Source: Candidatus Latescibacterota bacterium (GTDB lineage Bacteria > Latescibacterota > UBA2968 > GCA-2709665). Taken from it: 64,000 nt of DNA. The notes under the pieces are model-generated. The model saw only the letters and a list, made by a program, of their open reading frames with translations. It searched no databases and was not told the DNA's origin. The stretch covers positions 2,496,001-2,560,000 of the forward strand of contig OZ244744.1 of assembly GCA_965219455.1 (NCBI GenBank). The letters are read 5' to 3'. Of the stretch, positions 1 through 9,377 are shown in pieces (position 1 is the first letter of the stretch; every line of letters starts with the position of its first letter). Both the position numbers and the translations under genes were made by a program.

Positions 1-1
1 C

Positions 2-3000
2 AACACGCCCTACCAGGTTCAGGTGCTGGCGCGCAGCGACGAAGGCGAGAGCCTCTGGTCCGAGTCCGTTGACGTGAGAACTGTCGCCAACCGGGCGCCG
101 ACGTTCAACGAGGGCACGCGAACAACGCGCAGTCTTGACGAGAATACCACGGGCACACACGACGTCGGCAACCCGATAACCGCAAGGGATACCGACGGTG
201 GGACATTGAGCTACGACCTTGAAGGCACGGATCAGGCCTCTTTCGATCTCGACGGCAACCAGCTTCAGACCCAATCGGGCGAGACCTACGACTTTGAGGA
301 GAAGCCCGGCTACGACGTGACGGTTCGCGTCGAGGACGGACAGGGCGGCAGCAACACCATTGAGGTCACGATCAATCTGACGGACCAGCAGGAAAAACCC
401 GGGATCCCGGACGCGCCCGGCGTCTCGGCGGCCTCGTCCACAAGCCTTACTGCGACCTGGGATGGGCCCGCAAACACCGGCCCCGACGTCAACGACTACG
501 ACGTGCAGTACCGGGAGGGCGACAGCGGCGGCTTCAGCTCGTGGACGCACAACGGCGCGGACCGCACCGCAACCATCACGGATCGGACGCCGGGCACGAC
601 CCACCAGGTGCAGGTACTCGCGCGCAGTCCCGAGGGCACAAGCGATTGGTCCGAATCGGGCACGGGAAGCACCAGCCCCAATCAGCTGCCGATATTCACC
701 GATGGATCCGGCGCCACGCGTGAATTGGCCGAGAACACCACCGGCGTAAAGGACGTCGGCGATCCGGTGGGCGCCACGGACTCCGAGAAGACCACGCTGA
801 CCTACGCGCTTGAAGGCACCCACGCGGATACCTTTTCTATCGACGCGCGCAGCGGGCAGATCCGCACCAGGACGGGGAAGACCTACGACTACGAGGCCAC
901 GCCACGATTTTCCGTGGACGTAAGGGCAACCGACGGCCACGGCGGCGACAACAGCCTCCCCGTGTCCATCGACCTTACCGATCTGAACGAAGTTCCCGTA
1001 TTTCCCGGCGAGGCGACGCTCGAGGCAGCGGAGAACCAGTCCTTCGCAGGAACGGTCACCGCCGAGGACCTGGATCGCGACGACGCCATCACGAATTACA
1101 CCATTACCGGAGGCAGCGACCGGGACCTGCTGGAGATAAGTAGCGGAGGCGCGTTGACCTTCAAGGATGACCCCGACTTCGAGAGTCCCACCGACGCCGG
1201 AAGGAACAACGGCTACGTCGTCGAGGTCACCGTAACCGGTGGATCCGGAGGCCGCGCGCTGACCGCCGAGCAGCACTTTACCGTCACCGTCACGGACGAA
1301 AACGAACCGCCCCGTTTCACCAGTGTGGATACATTCGCGGTCAAGGAAAATGAGCTGCTGGCAGGCCGATTGGCCGCACAGGACGTGGACAGAGACGACG
1401 GGATCACGGGCTACGAGGTCAATGCCGGGCGTGACGGAGATCGGTTCGAGATCGAGAACACCAGGGAGTTGCACTTCAAGGATAAACCTGACTTCGAGCG
1501 GCCGGCGGATTCCGGAGGGAACAACGAATACATCGTTGTGGTCGAGGTGACGGGCGGCGCGGACACCCGGGAGCGAAATGCAACGCAGACCATAACCGTC
1601 ACGGTGGAGGACGACGTCGAGCCGCCGGGCGAACCGGACCCGCCCACGGTGAGCGACGAGACCGAAAGCAGCCTGACGGTGAGTTGGGACGAACCGGACA
1701 ACCCCGGTCCCGCCATTACGAACTATTTTGTGCAATACCGCGAGAGCGGCGCGTTCATCGACTCGCCGGACAGTGGACTGACCCGGACGCGCACGATCAC
1801 CGGCCTGCGCTCGGGCCGAACCTACCAGATTCAGGTGCAGGCGAAGAACGATGAAGGCAAGGGACCGTGGTCCGGACGGGCGAACGGAACGACGCTCACC
1901 GCGCCCACCGTTTCAAGCGCCGCGTTCACCTCCACACCGGCCTCAGGACAGAACGGCGCCTACAAGAAGGACGACGTCATCGACGTGACCGCGACTTTCA
2001 ACGAAGCGGTGACCGTCACCGGCGCGCCCCAGATCGACCTGACGATCGGTTCCACCCTGCGCAAGGCCGACTATAAAAGCGGCTCGACCACAACCCAGCT
2101 TCTCTTCCAATATGCGGTGGCGGACACCGACGAGGACAAGGATGGCGCGACCATCAACGAAAACGGCCTGAAGCTGAACAACGGCCGCATCTACATCCTC
2201 GTGAACAGCACCACCGTCAACGCCGACCTGGCGCACGCGGCGCGCGCCAACCGGTCCAGCCACAAGGTGGATGGCGTCCCACCGGGGCTCACCGACACGG
2301 AGGTGAAAAGCGACGAGTTGGTGCTTACTTTCGGCGAGAGCCTCGACCGCGATCCCAGGCCGGCAACGGGCGACTTTTCGGTGACGGCGGACGACTCGAC
2401 ACTTGGCGTCACGGCAGTTACGATGCGCACCAGCGACGTGGCGCTCACCATCGACCCGGCCGTAACCCCCGGACAGACGGTCTCGCTGGCCTACACGCCG
2501 GGGACCAACCCGATCCGGGACCAGGCGCAGAACCCCGCCATCGCGCTCACAAACCTGACGGTTAGAAACAACACTCAGGACCAGACCTTGAACGTCTGCG
2601 TCCGCACCCGGCAGGTGCGCGACGCGATTACGGATGCGGCAGGGGTAAGCACGTGCGGCGAGGTAACCGGGGACCATTTGTCGGCAATCACCCGGCTCTC
2701 GCTGAGCGAGAAGAACATCTCAACGCTGAAGGCCAATGACTTTGCAGGGCTGACGGCTCTGGAGACACTCTTTTTGAGAGACAACCAGATCAGCAGTCTG
2801 CCGCAGGACCTCTTCTCCGCGCTGTCAGCGCTGGAAACGCTTTCCCTCCGTGACAACGATTTCGCAAGCCTCAACGCGAGTCTCTTTTCGAGTCTGTCAG
2901 ACCTGAGAATCCTTTTGCTGGACGGCAACCAACTCGACAGCCTGCATACAGATCTGTTCTCCGAACTCTCGGCGCTGGAAGCCCTCGATCTGAATGGCAA

Positions 3001-6000
3001 CGGACTCAGCAGTCTGCCGCAGAGTGTCTTCTCCAACCTTTCGGCGCTGAGAATCCTCGATCTGGACGGTAATAAACTCAGCAGCCTTGATGCGAGTGTC
3101 TTCTCCAGCCTCTCGGCGCTGGAAGGCCTCGATCTGGACGGCAACGAGCTCAGCAGTCTGGATGCGAGTGTCTTCTCCAACCTTTCGGCGCTGAGAATCC
3201 TCGACCTGAACGGCAACAAACTCAGCAGCCTGAATACAAATATCTTCTCCAGCCTCTCGGCGCTGGAAAGCCTCGACCTGGACGGCAACGGACTCAGCAG
3301 CCTGGATGCGAGTACCTTCTCCAACCTCTCGGCGCTGCAAGCGCTCGACCTGAGCAAGAACCAACTCAGCAGCCTGCCTCAGAACATCTTTTCCGGTCTG
3401 TCATCGCTGCAGGCGCTCTATCTCAACGAACAGGAATCCGGTCACGAACTCGGCAGCCTGGACGCTGATATATTCTCCGGCCTCACCGCGTTGACAACAC
3501 TCCGGCTGGAACAAAACGATATCGGCAGCCTGGACGCGGGACTCTTCACCGGGTTGACCGACATGGAAACGCTCAGGCTGGACAATAACAGCCTCAGCAG
3601 CCTGCCAGATGGAATCTTCTCCGGGCTTACTTCGCTGACTACGCTCAACCTTGAGGGCAACACGGTCGACCCCCTTCCCATTAACGTGTCCCTGGAACGG
3701 GTCGCGTTGGGTCAATTCAGGGCCAAAGCGAACACCGGCGCGCCCTTTGACATGGTTTTGGCCCTGCTGGTGACCAACGGCTCCATCGACGGCGGCGGGA
3801 GCAGCATCGAAATCCCCCAGGGTGACGCGCAAAGCAGCACATATACGGTAACCCGCACGACCGGCATGTCCGCGGCGGTTACAGTCGACATAGGCACGTT
3901 TCCCGACCTTCCCGGAACCGACAACGGCTACGCGCTGGTCAAGTCCGACGACCTGCCGCTCGAAGTCATCCCGGGGCTGCCGGATGTGAATATATACCCG
4001 ACGGCGCTATCCGTGGCCGTGGGCGACAGCAATACCTACACAATGGCCCTTAACTCCATGCCGACGATGGATGTCACGGTCACGGTGGACGTGCCGTCGG
4101 GTTCCGACGTTTCGGTGAACCCGATGGAACGCATGTTTGCTGCCGACACCTATGACATGTCGCAGACCGTGACGGTGATCGCAGATACTGCCGCAGTGGC
4201 AGATGCCATGGTCACGTTGAGCCACATGGTCAGCGGTGGCGACTATCAGAACGTCTCGGCAGACGACGTCGCCGTGACGATCATCGGCGCTACCACTGGC
4301 AACCAGTTGCCAACCTTCGTCAGCGACAGCAGGTACGACGTCAAGGAAAACGAAACCTCGGTGGCCACGGTCGCAGCCACGGACGGGGACGCGAGAGACT
4401 ACGTCACCGGCTACGAGATTACCGGCGGCGCCCAGCAGGCGCAGTTCGAAATCACCGGCGATGGTGTATTGACCTTCGTGACCGCCCCCGACTTTGAGCG
4501 TCCCGCCGTGAGCAGCAATTCGTATGTCGTCACGGTCACAGCCACGAGCGGAATCGAAGACAGAGAGCGGACCGCCCGACAGACGATCGTTGTCTCCGTA
4601 ACGGACGATGACGAACCGCCGGGGCAGCCGCCCGCGCCCATATTGGATCTCTCATACGCGTCTTACCGCACGATCGGGGTGAGCCCCGGCCGGAGACCGC
4701 CCGCGAACACCGGCCCGGAAATCACCGCCTGGGATATCCAGTATCGTATCAGGAATACCGGCGATTTCAAAATCCACGATCCGGATCCGGAGCCGGACTG
4801 GACGCAACCGGACTGGGAAACGGCAATCACGCGTCTGGACAGGGGCGCGACCTACGAGGTACAGGTGCGTGCGAAGAACGACGAAGGGGAGAGCGAGTGG
4901 TCTCCGTCGGCCGAAGCGCCGATTCCCAATCAGTCCCCGGTCGCGGACGGCTCCTTCGACGACCTGACGCTTCCGGTGGGAGGCGCCGTTGAGATCGTGT
5001 CCGCGGACGACGTGTTCGACGATCCCGACGATATCAGGTTGACGTATACGGCGGCGTCCAGCAACACGGCTGCGGCGTCGGTGAAGGTGATCGATACCGA
5101 AGGCCTGGTCGATCCCCTGTCGTCGGGCGGTGCGACGATTACGGTTACGGCGACCGATCCGTGGGGCGCAACCGTGTCGGAGTCGTTCAGCGTTATTGTC
5201 CGGACACCGACCCTGTCCGCGCCCACCCTGAGCATCAGCGGCAACCTGTTCACACTTGAATTCACGAACGACTTCGCCGCCAACGAAACCAGGGCCTACG
5301 AGGTCAGAATCCGGCAGAAGGAGCCGATCGGCAATTGGGCCAGGGGGTGTTTCACGATAACCAACGACGAGAATACCGCCAGGTCCGTTACGGTAACGGT
5401 TCAGGACCTGGTTTCCGATTTCTTCGTGCCCGGCAACACCTACGAGGCGGACTACGGATACCTCGGGACGGCCTGCGGCGGCAGCCTGGCGGACGTACGC
5501 TCCGCGGCTGCCGAGGCGTCCGTTCCCGGAACCCCCGCCTTCAATATCGACCTCATCTACGCCGGCGGCACACCGGCCCGGAGGGTTCAGCTGGCTCTTG
5601 ACAATGCCGTGGCGCGTTGGGAGCGGATCATCGCCCAGGACATCCCCAACCACCGTCTGTCGGCCAACCGCCGCAATTTGCTGGAGAGGCTTTTTCCGGG
5701 AACCACCTCCCCCGAGGTTGTGGATGACCTGGTGGTCTACGTGGAAGTCGTTGAAATCGACGGACAAAGCGGCACGCTCGGACAGGCGGGGCGTCTCGTT
5801 TGGCGCGTCCCGTCCTCCCTCCCGATCGCAGCCTTCATCGAACTCGACCGGGACGACCTGAGGACCATGTCTGACAATAAGTTGACACCTCTCGTTCTGC
5901 ACGAGATAGGCCACACGTTGGGATTCGGTCTCGCACCGTGGACGGATCACAACCTTTTGAAGAACCCCTCTCTCGATCAGAACGACGACCCCATTGTTCC

Positions 6001-6409
6001 CGCCCCGGATACGCATTTCTCGGGTGCGAACGCGATTGCCGCGTTCAACGCCGCGGGCGGGTCCGGCTATACGGGCGCGAAAGTGCCCGTGGAAAACACG
6101 TGGGGCGGATCGGGCAGCCAGGACAGCCACTGGCGGGAATCCGTAATGCAGAGCGAACTGATGACGCCCAGGGTGGGCGAAGCCGTTACGCATCCCCTCA
6201 GCGCCATCACGATCCAGTCCCTGGCCGACATCGGATACACCGTGGATGCCACGCAGGCCGACGCCTACACCCTGCCAACGACGTCCAAAATTGCGATGGG
6301 ATCCGAGGAGTTGATTCTGCTCAACTGTGTTATCACGCACCCCGAGGCCGGACCCGATAGGCCCGAGCCCATCGTCCTGAATCTGCGCAGAATCCTGGAG
6401 AGCGAATGA
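2..6409 (+). CDS. Giant surface/secreted protein (5' partial): FN3 + cadherin-like repeats, SwmB-like domain, about 13-14 LRRs, further cadherin/FN3, C-terminal leishmanolysin (M8)-like Zn metalloprotease
   Basis: Frame is open from base 2, so the start lies upstream. FN3 motifs (SLTVSWDEP...YQIQVQAKNDEGKGPWS), cadherin motifs (DFEsP, NxxPxF), LRR LxxLxLxxNxLxxL, protease LHEIGHTLGFG...GSQDSHWRES...ELMT. Confidence 0.9.
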   Translation, partial: NTPYQVQVLARSDEGESLWSESVDVRTVANRAPTFNEGTRTTRSLDENTTGTHDVGNPITARDTDGGTLSYDLEGTDQASFDLDGNQLQTQSGETYDFEEKPGYDVTVRVEDGQGGSNTIEVTINLTDQQEKPGIPDAPGVSAASSTSLTATWDGPANTGPDVNDYDVQYREGDSGGFSSWTHNGADRTATITDRTPGTTHQVQVLARSPEGTSDWSESGTGSTSPNQLPIFTDGSGATRELAENTTGVKDVGDPVGATDSEKTTLTYALEGTHADTFSIDARSGQIRTRTGKTYDYEATPRFSVDVRATDGHGGDNSLPVSIDLTDLNEVPVFPGEATLEAAENQSFAGTVTAEDLDRDDAITNYTITGGSDRDLLEISSGGALTFKDDPDFESPTDAGRNNGYVVEVTVTGGSGGRALTAEQHFTVTVTDENEPPRFTSVDTFAVKENELLAGRLAAQDVDRDDGITGYEVNAGRDGDRFEIENTRELHFKDKPDFERPADSGGNNEYIVVVEVTGGADTRERNATQTITVTVEDDVEPPGEPDPPTVSDETESSLTVSWDEPDNPGPAITNYFVQYRESGAFIDSPDSGLTRTRTITGLRSGRTYQIQVQAKNDEGKGPWSGRANGTTLTAPTVSSAAFTSTPASGQNGAYKKDDVIDVTATFNEAVTVTGAPQIDLTIGSTLRKADYKSGSTTTQLLFQYAVADTDEDKDGATINENGLKLNNGRIYILVNSTTVNADLAHAARANRSSHKVDGVPPGLTDTEVKSDELVLTFGESLDRDPRPATGDFSVTADDSTLGVTAVTMRTSDVALTIDPAVTPGQTVSLAYTPGTNPIRDQAQNPAIALTNLTVRNNTQDQTLNVCVRTRQVRDAITDAAGVSTCGEVTGDHLSAITRLSLSEKNISTLKANDFAGLTALETLFLRDNQISSLPQDLFSALSALETLSLRDNDFASLNASLFSSLSDLRILLLDGNQLDSLHTDLFSELSALEALDLNGNGLSSLPQSVFSNLSALRILDLDGNKLSSLDASVFSSLSALEGLDLDGNELSSLDASVFSNLSALRILDLNGNKLSSLNTNIFSSLSALESLDLDGNGLSSLDASTFSNLSALQALDLSKNQLSSLPQNIFSGLSSLQALYLNEQESGHELGSLDADIFSGLTALTTLRLEQNDIGSLDAGLFTGLTDMETLRLDNNSLSSLPDGIFSGLTSLTTLNLEGNTVDPLPINVSLERVALGQFRAKANTGAPFDMVLALLVTNGSIDGGGSSIEIPQGDAQSSTYTVTRTTGMSAAVTVDIGTFPDLPGTDNGYALVKSDDLPLEVIPGLPDVNIYPTALSVAVGDSNTYTMALNSMPTMDVTVTVDVPSGSDVSVNPMERMFAADTYDMSQTVTVIADTAAVADAMVTLSHMVSGGDYQNVSADDVAVTIIGATTGNQLPTFVSDSRYDVKENETSVATVAATDGDARDYVTGYEITGGAQQAQFEITGDGVLTFVTAPDFERPAVSSNSYVVTVTATSGIEDRERTARQTIVVSVTDDDEPPGQPPAPILDLSYASYRTIGVSPGRRPPANTGPEITAWDIQYRIRNTGDFKIHDPDPEPDWTQPDWETAITRLDRGATYEVQVRAKNDEGESEWSPSAEAPIPNQSPVADGSFDDLTLPVGGAVEIVSADDVFDDPDDIRLTYTAASSNTAAASVKVIDTEGLVDPLSSGGATITVTATDPWGATVSESFSVIVRTPTLSAPTLSISGNLFTLEFTNDFAANETRAYEVRIRQKEPIGNWARGCFTITNDENTARSVTVTVQDLVSDFFVPGNTYEADYGYLGTACGGSLADVRSAAAEASVPGTPAFNIDLIYAGGTPARRVQLALDNAVARWERIIAQDIPNHRLSANRRNLLERLFPGTTSPEVVDDLVVYVEVVEIDGQSGTLGQAGRLVWRVPSSLPIAAFIELDRDDLRTMSDNKLTPLVLHEIGHTLGFGLAPWTDHNLLKNPSLDQNDDPIVPAPDTHFSGANAIAAFNAAGGSGYTGAKVPVENTWGGSGSQDSHWRESVMQSELMTPRVGEAVTHPLSAITIQSLADIGYTVDATQADAYTLPTTSKIAMGSEELILLNCVITHPEAGPDRPEPIVLNLRRILESE
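2678..3665 (+). repeat. 72-bp tandem repeats encoding 24-aa LRR units
   Basis: ct(c/t)tcggcgctg...ctcagcag units start at 2966, 3038, 3110, 3182, 3254 and 3326 (period 72). Confidence 0.9.
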
Positions 6410-7041
6410 ATAGGCTGAATATGAGCGTCGTAGTACCAATGGCCTTCCTGGCGATGTATACCTTATGCTCGCCTTCCGAGCGGCCGCGGAAAGAAGCACA
6501 TCCCGGACCGCCGCCGCAAACACGTGTCTGCGAACCCCCGTCCGGTCGCCTCAATGTCCGGGCGACATTGGCCGGCCGGGAAGGGCACTATGACCTTGCG
6601 CTTGTGCAGGTGGTAAACGGCGTCGACACGCGACGCGCACGGGGCGCGCTCATCCTGCGCAGGCAGCCGCCGGGGCTGGATTCGCTGGGAGAGGCCGCCA
6701 CCCCTCTGTACGGATATATTGACATCGACCTGCGTGCGGTGGGCGCGCACCGGGTCGGTGATCCCGGCAGCACGGATCCGGAGGCCCCTGGCGTGCTCGT
6801 TCTTGAAAGCCTCCACGACGGCAAGCGCCGCATTCTGGTCCGCCTCGGCGCGGACGCCAATCGGCGGGATTCAATGCTCTTCGACGGGGCCTTTACCGTG
6901 CTAGAAGTACATGCGATCTACAGAGGCGGTTTCGCCGGGAGTTGGCGCAGCGGCCTGCGATCATTGCGCACCGGCGGCTACTTCTGCGCATGGCGCATGG
7001 ATAAAAAAACCGGGACGCGTGGCACGCCCCGTCCTGACTGA
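6406..7041 (+). CDS. Hypothetical protein, probably exported, translationally coupled to the giant adhesin
   Basis: ATGA overlap with the upstream stop; hydrophobic N-terminus followed by Cys. Confidence 0.6.
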   Translation: MNRLNMSVVVPMAFLAMYTLCSPSERPRKEAHPGPPPQTRVCEPPSGRLNVRATLAGREGHYDLALVQVVNGVDTRRARGALILRRQPPGLDSLGEAATPLYGYIDIDLRAVGAHRVGDPGSTDPEAPGVLVLESLHDGKRRILVRLGADANRRDSMLFDGAFTVLEVHAIYRGGFAGSWRSGLRSLRTGGYFCAWRMDKKTGTRGTPRPD

Positions 7042-7116
7042 ATATCGATTGTCTGCGCCGACGGATCGTAGTCACGGAAGTTCCCGTTAGCGATTCCCAA
7101 AATGCATTGCTTCGTC

Positions 7117-8396
7117 TTATACGCCAAGGATCCCTCTTGCGGCCTGTCGTGCGTCATCGAGTGTTTCGACAATGCGATGCTTCGGAACATGCTGCAGGAT
7201 GCCGAGTGTATTTAGCGTTCTCGCCGTCAGACCGGACAGTCCCATCACGATACATTCGGTCTGTTCGCTTTCGGCGAGATCCATGAGTTGCCCTATTACC
7301 ATGGCCGCGCTGTCATCGAGATAGGTGGCTTCGGAGAAATCGATGATGACAACCTCGTGATCCTTAATGTCCGCGCCGATCACGCCGACCAGCTTGTGGG
7401 AGGATGCGACGGTGAGGCTTCCCCTGAGCGCTACAAGTCCCACGCGAGCCGAGTACGGACTGAGTGCGGCCACATCCAGGTCCTCCTCCTCGGAAAAGAA
7501 CGTCCGGTCCAGCAGCGGCACGGAGACCACGCTGTCGAGTTCCAGGCGTTCCAGTTGCCGTGCGTGCACCATTCCCGCGGCAATCAGGCCGATCGCTACG
7601 GCGGTCACGAGATCGACAAACACCGTAAGACCCAGGGTAATCATCATCACCAGAAGGTGTTCCCGGCGCAGCCGGTGAACGCGCGTGAGAAGACGCCAGT
7701 CGACGATTTCCCAGCCGACCTTCATCAGAATACCGGCAAGCCGATCGGTATGTGGCCGATTACCGGGACGTCGCTCAGCCACAGTACGCCGAGCAACGTC
7801 CCGGCGATCAGTGCCAGGAGGGGGCCCGGCAGGTATCTGCTCCAACTGCGCGGCCAGATCGCACCGACAGCGAGAGCAACGGCAGCGATAGCCAGCGCGT
7901 TGTAATTGACATTGTCAACCGCATCGGACACCGCGCGGATCGTTCCGACGACACCGCCCGGCGCCGGGGCTGTCCCCAGGAACGGAAGAATGTGAATCAC
8001 CATGATGATGATGCCGATCCCGGACATGAATCCGGAGATGACCACATGGGGCGTATAGGCCACGAAGCGGCCGATCCTCGACATGCCCAGCAACACCTGC
8101 AGTAAACCGGCCATAACAACCACGGTGAGCGCTTCGGTCAGGTTGGTGGTGTAGCTGGAGACAATGACCACGAGGGCGACGGTCATCGGCGCAGTGGGGC
8201 CCGATATCTGGGTCCGCGTGCCGCCGAACACAGCAGCGAAAAGGCCCACCGCGATCGCGCCGTACATCCCGGCTGCCGCGCCCATGCCCGACGCGACCCC
8301 CAGGGCCAGCGCGACCGGCAGCGCCACCACGGTTGCCGTGATGCCTCCAAAGACGTCGCCACGGAGCGCGCGGTTATCATAATTCGATGGGATCAT
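7117..8396 (-). pseudogene. SulP/BicA-type anion transporter with C-terminal STAS domain, broken by an internal deletion and frameshift
   Basis: N-terminal half GDVFGGITATVVALPVALALG...QISGPTAPM (7725-8396) and C-terminal half AGILMKVGWEIVDW...STAS IIDFSEATYLDDSAA (7117-~7740) are in different frames; the central TM segments are missing. Confidence 0.8.
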
Positions 8397-8593
8397 ATCC
8401 TTAAAAAACAAATAGATGCCTCCGATTCTCAGTGGCGTTGGGACACATAAAGGAACTGACGAGCGGTGCAGGTGAATTCCGGGACGCGAGGCCCCTCCCG
8501 GTTTTCATCCAACCGGTTCATGTCTATGCTCACCCATGGCGGGGTGCAATGACTTCGCGCCGCTTTCCTGTTGCCGCAAAACGGCAGCCGGGC

Positions 8594-8621
8594 TTGACAG
8601 AAGCCGAACATACCGTATCAT
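8594..8621 (+). promoter_or_regulatory. Putative sigma70 promoter for the GPP34 gene
   Basis: TTGACA-16 nt-TATCAT, followed by an AAGGA RBS before ATG 8654. Confidence 0.45.
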
Positions 8622-8653
8622 AATATTAGATTCCAACACGAAAGGAAAGTGCA

Positions 8654-9298
8654 ATGCTGAGATTCGCCGAAGAACTCATGCTCCTCCTTCTCGACGACGA
8701 AAACGGGAGATTCGCCCGCGTGCCGGAGCAGTCCCTGCGCTATGCGCTTGCCGGCGGGGTGCTGATGGAGAACCGTATCGACACCGATCCGAAGCAGCTT
8801 GTCCTCGTGGATTCGACACCCGTTCAGGACAACCTTCTCGATCCGACGCTTGCCGACATATCGCGGGCAACCGAAACGCACGACGCGCGTTTCTGGGTGG
8901 AACGCACCGCCATTCGCAGCGCCGCGGGCATTCGCGAAGGATCGCTCGACCGGCTGGTAGAGCGAGGCGTCCTTGAACGTCGGGACGACCGGTTCATGTG
9001 GGTTTTCCGGACGAGGCGCTATCCCGTCATCGACGACCAGGCTGAACGGGAGGTCAAGCTCAGGATTATGGAAATCCTGTTCAGCGATGAGATACCCGAC
9101 CCGCGCGACGTGGTGATCATCAGTCTGGCGCACGCCTGTAACCTGTTCAACCAGATCCTGTCTTCCCGCGAACTCGCGCGCGTTGCCCCGCGAATTAACC
9201 AGGTGCGGCGGCTCGACCTGATCGGCCAGGCTACGTTCCGGGCAATCACGGAAATCGAACTTTCGCTCGCCCTGGCCGTCCAGATGAGGCCTTACTAG
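8654..9298 (+). CDS. GPP34 (Golgi phosphoprotein 3-like) family protein
   Basis: Family-typical N-terminus AEELMLLLLDDENG, LAGGVLM, LVERGVLERR...RRYP. Confidence 0.8.
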   Translation: MLRFAEELMLLLLDDENGRFARVPEQSLRYALAGGVLMENRIDTDPKQLVLVDSTPVQDNLLDPTLADISRATETHDARFWVERTAIRSAAGIREGSLDRLVERGVLERRDDRFMWVFRTRRYPVIDDQAEREVKLRIMEILFSDEIPDPRDVVIISLAHACNLFNQILSSRELARVAPRINQVRRLDLIGQATFRAITEIELSLALAVQMRPY

Positions 9299-9377
9299 GG
9301 TTGTCGAATCGCGCCGGCTTCACACGTTGATCCTCGGCCGGCGATTGACAAAATGCCTGTCCCTGCCAGGCGTTCAA

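Noticed and set aside
2678-3665. Regularly spaced repeats as a CRISPR array
   Set aside because: They are in-frame 72-bp coding LRR units with no unique spacers and no cas genes
4652-6523. 623-aa minus-strand ORF and many other long antisense ORFs (e.g. 18163-19527, 36305-37438, 54159-55403)
   Set aside because: Shadow frames of well-supported GC-rich genes; no recognisable motifs
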